A DNA stretch of 64,000 nt from a virus. Numbering within the stretch: the first letter of the stretch is position 1; each line of letters opens with the position of its first letter. Below the pieces are notes generated by a model. It saw only the letters and a program-made list of their open reading frames with translations. It was not told where the DNA came from and did no database searches. The stretch is taken from positions 32,001 through 96,000 of the IMG/VR virus record IMGVR_UViG_3300047095_000811; one strand, given 5' to 3'. Made by a program: the position numbers and the translations under genes. Shown one piece after another: positions 35,657 through 45,760 of the stretch.

Positions 35657-38095
35657 ATGGCAAAGAAAGATGAAACAAGGCTCCCGCTGAAGGTGAGCCA
35701 GTCCGCCCTCAAGGCTCTTGACCGCATGAAGAAGAGCACCGATACGATCGTGTCCGTGCAATCCGGAGTGACTAAAGAGCTGATGAAGGCGGGTAGCGCA
35801 CTGGACGAGCTCAACCAGAGCATCAACCGGAGCGTCCTCAAGACTTACAACAACTTCGTCGGTCTAGGTCAAGATTTCAATGCGCAGGAAGTCAATCAGA
35901 TCCTCGCGCTGACCCAGAAGAACGCGACTCAGAAGAAGACCGACATGAAGAAGGTCGTCGCCGACTTCAAGAAATCGGTCCAGAGCAACGAGCAGACTCA
36001 AGAGCTGCTCAAGTCTCGCAAGGAGTACAAGGCGAGCCTCTACAGTTCGTACGACCTGATCGTCAGCATCATCCCGAAGATGAGACTGGCGCTGAACACG
36101 ATCACGAACAGCATCATTTCTCCGGATGACTTCTCGAAGCGTTCGATGTCGATCTACTTCGACGACAAGAATCTCGCTCCGCAAGATGCCGAAGAAATTC
36201 GTCGCCGCATGCAGCGCCTGATGGAGAAGTACGGCATCGAGAAGGACCTCAAGGAGGACGTCGTCGATACGCTGGTGAAGGGAGAGAAGTTCTGGGCGAT
36301 TCTGTCCATGAACGAGGAAATCAAATCTCTCCTCAAGGAAAGCGCGACCGAGAAGAACGGAGGGTATCACACCCTTGAAGGGACTTGCTCCTCGATGCTG
36401 AACGAGCACGTCGCCACGGTAGAAGAGACCTGTCTCCTCGACGAGGGCGTCTACCTCTTCTCGGAAGACAAGAGCAAGGCCGACCGCAGTAAGTTCGCCA
36501 GAGATCTCGACGATTTCATCGCCGATAACCTCGTCATCGGGTCTTCCACTCAGTTCCTCGCCGAGCACCAGTCTCTGACGGAAGAGCTTGAGAACTCCGC
36601 AGTCCTCAAGAGCACCCACGAGATGAGAGCTTCCGACCAGACGAAGCGCGAAGGAGACGTGCCGGACACCGCGATCGACGGCCTCCGTTTGGCCTCAGAC
36701 AACGCCATCCTGAAGAAGCTGAAGGCAGACCACGTCGTCAAGCTCGAATACGATGACCGAGTTTATGGTTATGTCTACGTCGATGCCATTGCCATCGACG
36801 AGAAGGATAAGACCGGAAAAGTCAAGAACTCGCCAGCAGAACAAGCCGGGAGCGATCAGAATCTGGTCACTGCCGGGGTGCAGGGCGTACTGTACTCGTC
36901 CTCCGACATCGACAAGGGCGTCACCGGCGAGAAGCGGGCGGTCATCAACGATCCGAAGCTGAAGTACATCGCAGACGTGTTCGTCAACCGTCTGTCGAAG
37001 AAGGAGAACATCCGCCTGCTCAAGAAGTCTGAGCAGCTGAAGCATGCGATCTACCACTCCTTGATCACCAAGCGGATCACGAAGGACGAGAAGATCCGCG
37101 TCGTGTTCTTCACTCCGGACGAGGTTGTCCACATCGACCGCAAGGAATCGATCTTCGACAACGTACTCTTCTTCGCCAAGTTGTACATCGCTACCCTGAT
37201 CACGATCCTGATGCAGAACATCGTTCGTGGCGCGGACAAGCGGGCGTACTACATCGATATCGGTCTGGAGAACGATGCAGCTAACGCCATCAACGGCGTC
37301 ATCCGAGACATCAAGTCCAAGGACCTGACGAACGTTCACAACATGGACATGACGTCCATGCTGAACATCCTCGGCGACTTCAACGACTACTACATCCCCT
37401 CCATCGACGGCGAGAAGCCGATCGAGATCAGCACCGTGGACGGGCTGCAGAATATCTCCCTCGACAACGAGTTCCTGAACTGGTTGTCCAACAACATCTT
37501 CTCTGGGATCGGCCTGCCTGCCGCGTACCTGACCGAAGTCGACAACGTGGACTTCGCCAAGGCGCTCTCCATGCAGAACGCTCGCTTCATCCGCGACATC
37601 GTCTCCGAACAGAACACGTTCGGTTACGGTTACTCGGAGCTCCTGAAGAAACTGTACATGAAGGAGTTCGCAGCAGAGCTCTCCAGCAAGGGCAATGATG
37701 ATGACTCCAACGGCAAAGAGAAGACCACGACTCGTCTCTTCGACGTAGACTCGATCGAGGCGAGGTTCCCCTCCCCGGTGAGCCTGAACATGACCAACCT
37801 CAACGACCAGATCGGCAACCTCACGACGCTGATCGATGCGCTGTCGGAGGTCATTGACGTCAAGTCCGAAGACAAGGACGCTGCGACACCCATCTTCAAG
37901 CGCGAGATGTTCCGCAAGTATCTGCCCAACGTCAACTGGGAGGATGTGGACGGAATCGTCGCGAAGGTGAAGAAGGAGATCCTCACGTCCAAGATCAAGG
38001 CAAAACAGCCCGAAGGCGACGGTTCGGAAGAACCCGACGCTCCTGACGCCACCAGTGCGCCTAGTACCGACGTCAGCATGGACGACATGGAGTAA
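35657..38095 (+). CDS. Portal protein (T4 gp20-like)
   Basis: RGADKRAYYIDIG, DYYIP, IEISTVDG and GLPAAYL parallel gp20 RAPERRIFYIDVG, DYWLP, TEITTLPG and VP.SRL. Confidence 0.85.
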   Translation: MAKKDETRLPLKVSQSALKALDRMKKSTDTIVSVQSGVTKELMKAGSALDELNQSINRSVLKTYNNFVGLGQDFNAQEVNQILALTQKNATQKKTDMKKVVADFKKSVQSNEQTQELLKSRKEYKASLYSSYDLIVSIIPKMRLALNTITNSIISPDDFSKRSMSIYFDDKNLAPQDAEEIRRRMQRLMEKYGIEKDLKEDVVDTLVKGEKFWAILSMNEEIKSLLKESATEKNGGYHTLEGTCSSMLNEHVATVEETCLLDEGVYLFSEDKSKADRSKFARDLDDFIADNLVIGSSTQFLAEHQSLTEELENSAVLKSTHEMRASDQTKREGDVPDTAIDGLRLASDNAILKKLKADHVVKLEYDDRVYGYVYVDAIAIDEKDKTGKVKNSPAEQAGSDQNLVTAGVQGVLYSSSDIDKGVTGEKRAVINDPKLKYIADVFVNRLSKKENIRLLKKSEQLKHAIYHSLITKRITKDEKIRVVFFTPDEVVHIDRKESIFDNVLFFAKLYIATLITILMQNIVRGADKRAYYIDIGLENDAANAINGVIRDIKSKDLTNVHNMDMTSMLNILGDFNDYYIPSIDGEKPIEISTVDGLQNISLDNEFLNWLSNNIFSGIGLPAAYLTEVDNVDFAKALSMQNARFIRDIVSEQNTFGYGYSELLKKLYMKEFAAELSSKGNDDDSNGKEKTTTRLFDVDSIEARFPSPVSLNMTNLNDQIGNLTTLIDALSEVIDVKSEDKDAATPIFKREMFRKYLPNVNWEDVDGIVAKVKKEILTSKIKAKQPEGDGSEEPDAPDATSAPSTDVSMDDME

Positions 38096-38097
38096 AA

Positions 38098-38231
38098 GTG
38101 AAGCCCCCTTACGGATTGACCGTAAGGGGGATTTTCACAGAGATTCTTGGCAGGATTGGCAGATCGGAAGTGACGGAAAGGTAGTCGTCTATGAATTTGG
38201 CCGACAACGCCAATTTCTGCTTCGTATCTCT
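38098..38231 (-). ncRNA. Candidate small late non-coding RNA (about 130 nt)
   Basis: Late promoter at 38231-38242. The predicted +1 AGAGAU pairs with AUCUCU just before the terminator, and internal hairpins are present. Confidence 0.5.
38102..38136. terminator. Bidirectional terminator
   Basis: CCCCCTTACGG-ATTGA-CCGTAAGGGGG. Confidence 0.8.
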
Positions 38232-38242
38232 ATCAGGATGTT
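38231..38242 (-). promoter_or_regulatory. Late promoter AACA-N6-TA with no clear downstream CDS
   Basis: AACA-tcctga-TA downstream of the tail-tube terminator. Confidence 0.6.
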
Positions 38243-38268
38243 CGAATATCCCAACCGACCGTAGTGAC

Positions 38269-38312
38269 AAAAAAGAACCTCAATGGCCCCGAAGGACCAT
38301 TGAGGGTTCTTT
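38269..38312 (-). terminator. Terminator of the sheath-tube operon
   Basis: CCTCAATGG...CCATTGAGG hairpin with a minus-strand T tract. Confidence 0.8.
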
Positions 38313-38323
38313 CCGCGCCTCGA

Positions 38324-39106
38324 TTAGGCCGAAGGAACGCTGGAAGCGTATTCGGACAGGTTGAGGAAGTCGTTCTCGTTGTAGAACTTGTACACCTTGG
38401 AGGTGCTCATCTGGGCGGCTGCGAATGCTTCCACAGCTTGACCGAAGTTCATGTAACCCTTGAACTCCTGCTCGTTCTCAGCGAATTCGTGCGAGCCGGA
38501 TTCGTAGTTGAAGTGTTGCAGGAAGATCTTGGTCGGCATGACGTGGGTGAACAGACAAGCGAACTCGATGTTCGACTTGTCAGCGCCGACGCCGAAGTTG
38601 TCGGCGTCAGGACGGGTCACCACGTAGAGCAGGATGCCGGTGTGGTTGTTGGAGTGGTAAGGCACGTTGTGCTTCTTCGGGTACGTCGCGATGCCGGTCT
38701 TCGGATCGCGGATACCAGAGGTCCACTCGTTGTAGTACTTGGTGATCGGAGCGCCAGACTGCTCTTGGTACTTCAGGGTGAAGCCCTCGGCCTTCTGCAT
38801 GGTGCCCTTCGCGAACGACAGTTCGTTGTTCGTGAAGCCAGCGGTGATCGCGCCGGTATCCAGTTGGATGTCGGACAGACCGCTGAAAGCCTTGAAGTTG
38901 CGCTCGGTCAGCTGCTTGAATTCGGCACCGTTGTCGGCACCGATCCAGTCAGGGACTTTGATCCACTTGATGAAAGCGTAACCGGAAACGTACGGGTCCT
39001 TCATGTTGGCCCCGTGATGAACGTGACCGTTGAAGAACGACTCCTGAGACGGAGTCACGGTGTGGTTCGTCAGGTTCGGTTCGCGGATGAGGTTGGTGTT
39101 TGCCAT
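38324..39106 (-). CDS. Tail tube protein
   Basis: Directly downstream of the sheath; W....DP.TG..Y...Y...PD...F..VMP tube pattern; strong codon bias. Confidence 0.8.
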   Translation of the reverse strand: MANTNLIREPNLTNHTVTPSQESFFNGHVHHGANMKDPYVSGYAFIKWIKVPDWIGADNGAEFKQLTERNFKAFSGLSDIQLDTGAITAGFTNNELSFAKGTMQKAEGFTLKYQEQSGAPITKYYNEWTSGIRDPKTGIATYPKKHNVPYHSNNHTGILLYVVTRPDADNFGVGADKSNIEFACLFTHVMPTKIFLQHFNYESGSHEFAENEQEFKGYMNFGQAVEAFAAAQMSTSKVYKFYNENDFLNLSEYASSVPSA

Positions 39107-39132
39107 AGCTTATTCCTTATCTCTCGACCAGA

Positions 39133-41169
39133 TTAGCGGTTCACGACGAAGTCGATGAAGATACGCTCGATCAGACCGGTGAAGATCATGTCCACGCGAA
39201 CGCGGGCAATCTTCTGTTGACGGTCGTAGTCGGAGGCGTAGACAGCACCGGAGATGGTCTTGCAGGTCCTGTTGGAAACCCACTTCTGCAGGTAGCTGTT
39301 CAGGTTGTAAGACATCGACTCGTGGGTGATCGCGTCGTTGAACTCGTCGCGGTACTCGTCCATCATCGCTTCGACGTCACGCTTGATGCGCATCAGCGCA
39401 CGGACGTTGTTGATGTTGGACAGAGCAGAGTTGACGGTCTGCGCAGTCAGCTGCGTACCGAAGTTGATGCGCTTCGGATCCTTCTCGACGTAGTTGACCT
39501 GCGCCTTGTAGAGGGATTCCTTCCACATCTCGTTCGGGAAGAAGTTGATCTGGTCGAAGCCGGAGATCGTGCCACGGCGGGGGCCGGTGAAGGACCACTG
39601 GACGCCAAACTGCTCGTCGTTTGCCGGAATCTTCTTGGCCAGGAAGTAGGTCATGGTGACCTTGATGTTCTGGCCGGTGTACTCGTCGTAAACCACCGCG
39701 TCTTGGCCGAAAATGGCAGTGCGGAAGTTGGACATGGAGATGGAACCGTGGCGGAAGTCGATCGTCTGCTGGGCGGTCGCTTGGAAGCCGCAGTCGAGGA
39801 TTGCCACGCAGTCTTCGCGCATCACGTCTGCGAACTCGGACATCGCGTTCTTCACGGAAGCCGGGTTGTTGCCGTCGAGCAGCACGTCGAAGAGGTACTG
39901 TTTCTTGTCGAGGATCACGCTGTCGATCTCGGCTTTGTAAGCCTTGTTCAGCAGGGACTCTTCGCTGAAGTCAGCGATCTGAACCCACAGAGCCGGGTTG
40001 GCACCAGTCGGATCGGCAGACTTGTCGTACACCGGACCCCAAGTGCCGTCGTGGCCACCCATCAGGTAGCAGACGTCGGACAGATCGGGAGCGAAAGACA
40101 GAGTCTTCCAGTTGTCCTGATAGTCTTCCGGGTTCGGCACGTCGACGTTGTTGACCTTGGGAGTCGCGAACTTGACGCCTTGGTTGTGGTGGATGGCGGC
40201 AGCGGTGAAGGACGGGGAGGCAGTGCCTTGGCCGGACGCATACACTTGAACGCCAGAACGCTCCTTGCCGAAGAAGACGTCCAGATGCAGCGGGTTGACG
40301 CCGCTGATGTCGGGATCGTGACCGGCAGTGCCATCAACGCCCATGTCGAAGTCGATGATGAAGGAACGAACTTCCTCCATGCGGTCTTCGTACTCGTCGG
40401 CGATGGCGACCTTCAGGAACTTGGAGTACTTGTTCAGCACGTTTGCGAAGAACAGGGACTCGCGGCTGCGATCCTTGGCGGTCTTCTCGAAGGAGACCGT
40501 GTAGGGACCGTCGACAACCACGTCAGCGCCGGTGATGTCCTTGGCGGTGATTTCCAGACCGTAGGTACGGAAGTCGTACGTATTGTCCAGACCGTCCTTC
40601 ACGGACAGGCGGATGCCCATCTTGTTGTACGCCTTGCCACGACCGTACGGGTAGAACACGGCCAGCGGGTACACCTTGGTGGTGGAGGGAACGGGATGGC
40701 CGGTGCCGAGCACGTCGGTCATGGCGGAGGTGTTCGCCATATCCGGTGCGGTGTTGACCAGAGTCTCCATCGCTTCCAGACTAGCGGCGGAAGTGCCGAC
40801 AGTGTTCTTGGAACCGACGTTGGAGATCAGAGGAACAACGGTTTTGGAACCGTTCACGTTGTCCAGACCGAGGGACAGGACGATGTTGGAGTACTCTGCA
40901 TCACCCGGCAGAACACGGATGAAGTAAGCCTCACCGCCTGCGCCCAGCCAGTTGTACACGTTGTACATGGACTGGCCGGTGATCGGCATGTTGGGTTCGC
41001 CGAAGATGAACTTGGCTTCATCCTTGGTGGTGAGTCTTGTCAGAATGTTGTCAGGGCCTTTCACGGCCTTGCCGCATGCGAAAAGAACCGTCGTACCCGC
41101 CGCAGTCTGGAAGACGAACGAGTTGTCGATGATTCTCGAATGCACTGACGGATGCAAATATTCAGGCAT
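39133..41169 (-). CDS. Tail sheath protein
   Basis: YLHPSV N-terminus, KGPDN...FGEP, WSFTGPRRG, LYKAQVNY and INNVRAL...EFND sheath motifs. Confidence 0.92.
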   Translation of the reverse strand: MPEYLHPSVHSRIIDNSFVFQTAAGTTVLFACGKAVKGPDNILTRLTTKDEAKFIFGEPNMPITGQSMYNVYNWLGAGGEAYFIRVLPGDAEYSNIVLSLGLDNVNGSKTVVPLISNVGSKNTVGTSAASLEAMETLVNTAPDMANTSAMTDVLGTGHPVPSTTKVYPLAVFYPYGRGKAYNKMGIRLSVKDGLDNTYDFRTYGLEITAKDITGADVVVDGPYTVSFEKTAKDRSRESLFFANVLNKYSKFLKVAIADEYEDRMEEVRSFIIDFDMGVDGTAGHDPDISGVNPLHLDVFFGKERSGVQVYASGQGTASPSFTAAAIHHNQGVKFATPKVNNVDVPNPEDYQDNWKTLSFAPDLSDVCYLMGGHDGTWGPVYDKSADPTGANPALWVQIADFSEESLLNKAYKAEIDSVILDKKQYLFDVLLDGNNPASVKNAMSEFADVMREDCVAILDCGFQATAQQTIDFRHGSISMSNFRTAIFGQDAVVYDEYTGQNIKVTMTYFLAKKIPANDEQFGVQWSFTGPRRGTISGFDQINFFPNEMWKESLYKAQVNYVEKDPKRINFGTQLTAQTVNSALSNINNVRALMRIKRDVEAMMDEYRDEFNDAITHESMSYNLNSYLQKWVSNRTCKTISGAVYASDYDRQQKIARVRVDMIFTGLIERIFIDFVVNR

Positions 41170-41247
41170 AGTTTCTTTCCTTAAGTGAGAAAGTGTGCAT
41201 AGCTTCCGAAGCCCTTGCACAATGTCAAAGGTTTTGGGATAGCCTTC

Positions 41248-41259
41248 TAAGTAGTTGTT
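41248..41259 (-). promoter_or_regulatory. Late promoter AACA-N6-TA
   Basis: AACA-actact-TA upstream of the sheath gene. Confidence 0.7.
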
Positions 41260-41272
41260 TGGGAGGACCCTG

Positions 41273-41971
41273 TCAATATTTGAGGATCTTCTCTACCGGC
41301 GAGATGATCTGGTCCTTTTCGCCGCGAGACATGATGACTGCGGACTGCAACGACTTATTGATGTCTTCGAAGGAGATTGCGTTGAAGACGGAGGTGACGC
41401 GGGAGATCTCCTTGATCGAGATGAGCTTGAAATCCTTCGGCGAAACGCTCTTGTCCTTCAAGGCGAGGCGGAGAGGCTTCGTCTCATCCTTGTCCCAGCG
41501 GACCAACTCGGACGTGATAGCTTCGATGACGACCGGCTGAGACGCTACACGGGTGTCGTTCATCTGAGCGTTCTTGGAGAACAGGCCGATCAGCTCTTCC
41601 GGAGAATTCACGTTGATCTTTGCGGCGATCAAGTAGTTTAGGAACTTATTGACCGAATCGACCCGCTTGAAGTACGTGGTCGACTCGATGATTACGTCTT
41701 CCGGTTCGAACGTCACGTACTTCCCTTCGGAGTCGTCGGTGGCATTGAACGCGTTGATTTTGATGACAACAGGAAGGTTGACCTGATAGTCTTTGTACTT
41801 GGCGAAAGAGGCGTCGTCCGAGACCCTCATCACGAAGAAGCCGAGAGTCTGGATGTCGGTGTCGATCACCTCTGCCAGTTCATCCTCGAACATCTGCTTC
41901 GAGATGATCACTCGGATGTACTTCTTCGCGATCACCTTGTTGTCTTTCTGCTCTATGAAGGGAAACTTCAT
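41273..41971 (-). CDS. RNA polymerase beta' extreme C-terminal fragment (probably virion RNAP)
   Basis: SIKEISRVTSVFNAISFEDINKSL...SPVEKI corresponds to RpoC GITKASL..SFISAASFQETTRVL...GLKENV; late promoter. Confidence 0.75.
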   Translation of the reverse strand: MKFPFIEQKDNKVIAKKYIRVIISKQMFEDELAEVIDTDIQTLGFFVMRVSDDASFAKYKDYQVNLPVVIKINAFNATDDSEGKYVTFEPEDVIIESTTYFKRVDSVNKFLNYLIAAKINVNSPEELIGLFSKNAQMNDTRVASQPVVIEAITSELVRWDKDETKPLRLALKDKSVSPKDFKLISIKEISRVTSVFNAISFEDINKSLQSAVIMSRGEKDQIISPVEKILKY

Positions 41972-41992
41972 CTTGAATTCCTTACAGTGATC

Positions 41993-42004
41993 TAGGTAGA
42001 TGTT
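41993..42004 (-). promoter_or_regulatory. Late promoter AACA-N6-TA
   Basis: AACA-tctacc-TA; supports the start at 41971. Confidence 0.7.
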
Positions 42005-42035
42005 CCCGTATGGCGTTAACCATACGGGAGACACA

Positions 42036-42635
42036 TCACACTTTCTTGAAGATCTCGTAAGCCTTACCGCCGAGTACCGGAATCAGGCCGAGGCGGGAGT
42101 TGGTGCGCATGATCATGAAGGCGAACTTCACGAAGACGGCGTACTCCTTCGGGTTAGCGCAGTTCTTGGCGAACAGGTTCACCGTGTTGAACATGCAGAT
42201 CATCTTCTCGCGGAACTCGGCGTCCTTGATAGAGTCGATGGTCTGCATCACCTTCTGGTAGTGGAGGCCGACGATCCGGTTGCGGCGGTACAGGGAGCGC
42301 ATTTCGCGTTCGTCCGTCAGGCGCAGGGAATTTAGGCGCTTCACCCCGGAGATGTCCACCATCTCCAGAATCTTCTCGGAGTTATTGATCAGATCGGCGT
42401 TCATCAAGACGTTCTTGGCTGCGGCAATCTGGTGGGGCTGGCTCTCGGGGTCGGCGATGTCGGCTTCTGCCTTCTTCGTCATCCCCTCAAGGTACATGTT
42501 CATCACATCGACGTAGCCCTTGCGGATGTCTTCCACGTCTTGCTTCAGCGCGGCCAGCTTGCCAGCCACGTCCTCTTGGAGGTCGAATTCTTCGCCCAAC
42601 TCTTCAAGAGTCACTTCGTCCTTTTGTTCTTGCAT
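42036..42635 (-). CDS. Hypothetical protein
   Basis: 199 aa ORF downstream of the terminase. Confidence 0.65.
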   Translation of the reverse strand: MQEQKDEVTLEELGEEFDLQEDVAGKLAALKQDVEDIRKGYVDVMNMYLEGMTKKAEADIADPESQPHQIAAAKNVLMNADLINNSEKILEMVDISGVKRLNSLRLTDEREMRSLYRRNRIVGLHYQKVMQTIDSIKDAEFREKMICMFNTVNLFAKNCANPKEYAVFVKFAFMIMRTNSRLGLIPVLGGKAYEIFKKV

Positions 42636-43381
42636 CAGTTCAGTCCTTTTAGTTTTTCGACGAGTTCGTCGCGGAACTCGGTTGTGATGTGAGGGAAGTC
42701 GTCGTGCTCGGGGAAGTCGCAGACGTAGCGATGGAAAGCCTCGCAGACGTCCATCCCGTCAAAGATCTTGTGGATCGTGGAGACTTGGTCGTAGTTCAGC
42801 ACCAGTCCGTTGATTTCCTCGGTGAGGTCAGCTCCGCTGGAGATGTACTCTGCGGCAATTTCTTGATAGAACGCGACGAGGCTGATGTATGTCGGAGAGA
42901 TCTCCGGGACTTCTTCCTTCAGGCGTGGGAGCATGAAGTCTTTCTTCGTCTCTTTCTTGAACCGCTGGGCGAGATCTTTGCGCTGGGAGATTGCGGATGC
43001 AACCATCATGTCCAGAACGTTGCGGCGGCGGTTGAAGTAGAAGAAGTAGTAGACGAAGCGCATGTCGGACTGCGAGTCTACAGAGACTGCGGAGGGTTCG
43101 ATTACTCCTTCGTAGTCCTTGGTGAACTGTTCGTAGATCAGAGTCCACACGGTCTTCTTGAGCTCTTCGAGAGACTCGCGGTGGTCGTTTTCTTGGGCCA
43201 CCACGATGGACATGTTGATCTTCTCCAGAATCGCTTCTAGGTAGTCGGTGCTCTGGGTCTCAAGCTGGAGGCTTTTATTGGCGAGGAACTCCTGAAGCCC
43301 CTCGTGCAGAAGGGCGTAGGACTCCTCCATGTAAGCCTCGGGCTCGATGGCGCTAGGGCTCAGGGAGTCGAGATTGCTCAT
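42635..43381 (-). CDS. Hypothetical protein
   Basis: 248 aa acidic ORF downstream of the terminase. Confidence 0.65.
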   Translation of the reverse strand: MSNLDSLSPSAIEPEAYMEESYALLHEGLQEFLANKSLQLETQSTDYLEAILEKINMSIVVAQENDHRESLEELKKTVWTLIYEQFTKDYEGVIEPSAVSVDSQSDMRFVYYFFYFNRRRNVLDMMVASAISQRKDLAQRFKKETKKDFMLPRLKEEVPEISPTYISLVAFYQEIAAEYISSGADLTEEINGLVLNYDQVSTIHKIFDGMDVCEAFHRYVCDFPEHDDFPHITTEFRDELVEKLKGLN

Positions 43382-43383
43382 TT

Positions 43384-45444
43384 TTATTTCCGTAGAATGC
43401 TGAGAGTTGATGTATTAATCACCAGTTCGCGTTTACCGTTCTTGGGTGAGAACTTGTCCTTGGCGTACTTCAATATGTCGATACCACGGTCGTGGAGGTC
43501 AATCATTTCTTGAAGAGAGAGACCGGACACGATCTCGGGTGCCTTCTGGACGCGGTTCAGGTCGGCGATCGAGCGCGGGACGCTCTTCCCTGAAGACACG
43601 ACCTGCGCGTTTGCCGAAATCGACGAGCTGGTGCGAAGGAAGTGCGAGATCGAGTTACCGTAGGCGACTGCGTAGCGGACGAAGAGGTATGCGAAGAGAA
43701 CGTCATCATGGCATCCCCGCTCGTGCTCCACCTTGCCCTTGGAGTCGTACACCAAGGTCTTGACCTCGTCGTACAGATCCTTGACGCCAAGCAGGTTCGG
43801 GTCCTCGTCGACGACCTGAACCAGCAGGTCGATCATCGCATCGCGGGACTGCTGCGTGGTGTTCACGCCGTACGTGATGTTGTCCTTCTTCGTCCGGTAG
43901 AGCTTATCCTTGTCCTTGTCCTTGATAGGGTAATCGTAGAAAAGGTTGTTAGGGATTCTCCGCACCAGATGGTCGACGAGCGACTTACCGTAGCTGTTCC
44001 GTTCGATCACTAGGACGGAGTCGGTCAGCAGGTTCTTTACCACCCACTCAAGCAGGGACGAGTAGTACGCGAGGTTGATCTTGTTGTTTCTGAAGATCGC
44101 ACAGGGGTACATGTCGATCGGATCGACCACGACGAAGGCAGACGAGTCGTTGCCCGTGCCGCCAGAAGTATCGACGCCGATCAGGTAGCGTTTGCTCTTC
44201 TCAAGCGGGCGGTACACCTTGAGCGGGTACTTCTCAAACACCTTCCCGGTCACCACGTCCGGGTCGTCGGTGACGGACATGAAGACCGTCTCGATCGGCT
44301 CCTCGACGAGGTGAGAGTAGATGACGTCCAGCTGCTCTTCAGAGAAGACCGAGTTATCGGAAGCCTTCGTCCATTCAAGGTCGATCTCTCGGCGGATGAC
44401 CAGCTGGTCGTTGGTCAGGGCGCGACATTCTTTGTTGTACCAAGCGTCGTCCAACCCAAGCTGCTGCCAAGTGAACTTGATGTACAAGAAGTCGTTGCTG
44501 GAGTTCGCGGTGATGTACGCTCTCGCATCCTCCTGATTCATGTCGTACAGCTCCTCGGTGAACTCGCAGGCCCCCATGATCATGGAGTGGCAGTATTCGC
44601 CCTCTGCGGAGTCGAGGTTGTTTGGCGTAGTCGTGATAATCTTGGAGAAGGGCTTGCCGTTATCCTTAGCGATCTCGGCGACCTTAGACTGCGCGGGGGC
44701 AGCAGATTTGTACACGACGCCGTTGTGGCGGAGGAAGGCAAACTCGTCCAGCCAGAGGATCGGGGTGGTCATACCGCGTCCCTGCTTGTCAGCAGCTTCG
44801 TGCGAATTCGGAGAGCCGGAGCACTTGATCGAGTTGTTGCGCTTGGCGTTGATGATGGACTCGATGTTGTTCGTGTCCTCGTCATTGAAGATTGCTTCCT
44901 GCACGTAGTCTGGCAGCAGGCCGCGAATATCCTTCAGGCGCTTGAGGTTGTTGTTCGCGTCAGCCACGCTCTTGTTGGAGAACAGCATCTGCGAGTTGGT
45001 GGTGCCGAAGTCGTAGATCCAAGCGAGGATCGCAGCCACCGACATGGTCTTGCCCTTCTGCCGTGGCAGCAGAAGGATCGGATTGAAATTGTTCAGCACA
45101 GCCCAGACCACGGCAAGGTTGCCGCGATGGAGCTCAAACCGAAGGGCCTTACCCGGAGCCGGGATGCGGGCCACCTCTCTCAGGAAGTACCAAGGATTGC
45201 GGACGATCTCAGTGATGACCCTTGCTTTCTCGTCCCTGGTGATGCGCTTGTTGTGCGGATCGACATTCATCAGGCTCTTGTCGTACAGGCGCAGGAAGAA
45301 CTTGTTGTTCGATACCCCCTGTTCCTTCAGGTGCTTAAAGAGCTTGACAAACGATATGTTCTTCGTTGTCGTATGAATGGTGTAGTCGTCGTACACCACT
45401 TTGCCGAAGTAAGGATCAACCTCACTCCGCTTTTTGGCCGTCAT
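43384..45444 (-). CDS. Terminase large subunit
   Basis: Walker A PRQKGKT, Walker B LWLDEFAF, coupling motif TTP and nuclease GVDTSGG...DSS...HDD. Confidence 0.95.
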   Translation of the reverse strand: MTAKKRSEVDPYFGKVVYDDYTIHTTTKNISFVKLFKHLKEQGVSNNKFFLRLYDKSLMNVDPHNKRITRDEKARVITEIVRNPWYFLREVARIPAPGKALRFELHRGNLAVVWAVLNNFNPILLLPRQKGKTMSVAAILAWIYDFGTTNSQMLFSNKSVADANNNLKRLKDIRGLLPDYVQEAIFNDEDTNNIESIINAKRNNSIKCSGSPNSHEAADKQGRGMTTPILWLDEFAFLRHNGVVYKSAAPAQSKVAEIAKDNGKPFSKIITTTPNNLDSAEGEYCHSMIMGACEFTEELYDMNQEDARAYITANSSNDFLYIKFTWQQLGLDDAWYNKECRALTNDQLVIRREIDLEWTKASDNSVFSEEQLDVIYSHLVEEPIETVFMSVTDDPDVVTGKVFEKYPLKVYRPLEKSKRYLIGVDTSGGTGNDSSAFVVVDPIDMYPCAIFRNNKINLAYYSSLLEWVVKNLLTDSVLVIERNSYGKSLVDHLVRRIPNNLFYDYPIKDKDKDKLYRTKKDNITYGVNTTQQSRDAMIDLLVQVVDEDPNLLGVKDLYDEVKTLVYDSKGKVEHERGCHDDVLFAYLFVRYAVAYGNSISHFLRTSSSISANAQVVSSGKSVPRSIADLNRVQKAPEIVSGLSLQEMIDLHDRGIDILKYAKDKFSPKNGKRELVINTSTLSILRK

Positions 45445-45500
45445 GGTTACTCCGAAAAAAAAAGAGGACACTATCTAAGTGTCCTCTTTCTCGCAGAGGT

Positions 45501-45746
45501 TTACGCCTCTACGTGGAACATCCCGTCGCCTTGTGGGCAAAGGTCATCCAGTTCGTCGAGCTGAGAATCGAAGAATTCCTTGAAGGCTTTTTCGGCCTTC
45601 TGGACCATGCGCTTCACACCCGACATCGAGTCACGGCGCTTCTTCTTCGGCGCTTCAGTCTTGATACCCCAGTACTCCGGCATCTCCTGAAGCATCTCTT
45701 GCTGTTCGATCTCGTAAGTCGCCTTGGCTACCATCGATGCGTCCAT
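45501..45746 (-). CDS. Small hypothetical protein
   Basis: 81 aa with SD AAGGAG. Confidence 0.65.
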   Translation of the reverse strand: MDASMVAKATYEIEQQEMLQEMPEYWGIKTEAPKKKRRDSMSGVKRMVQKAEKAFKEFFDSQLDELDDLCPQGDGMFHVEA

Positions 45747-45760
45747 CTCTGGTCTCCTTC

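Noticed and set aside
39217-41148. 643 aa plus-strand ORF opposite the sheath (likewise 17908-19257, 54815-56143, 57149-58234 and 60908-62725)
   Set aside because: Same antisense-shadow artefact; no motifs.
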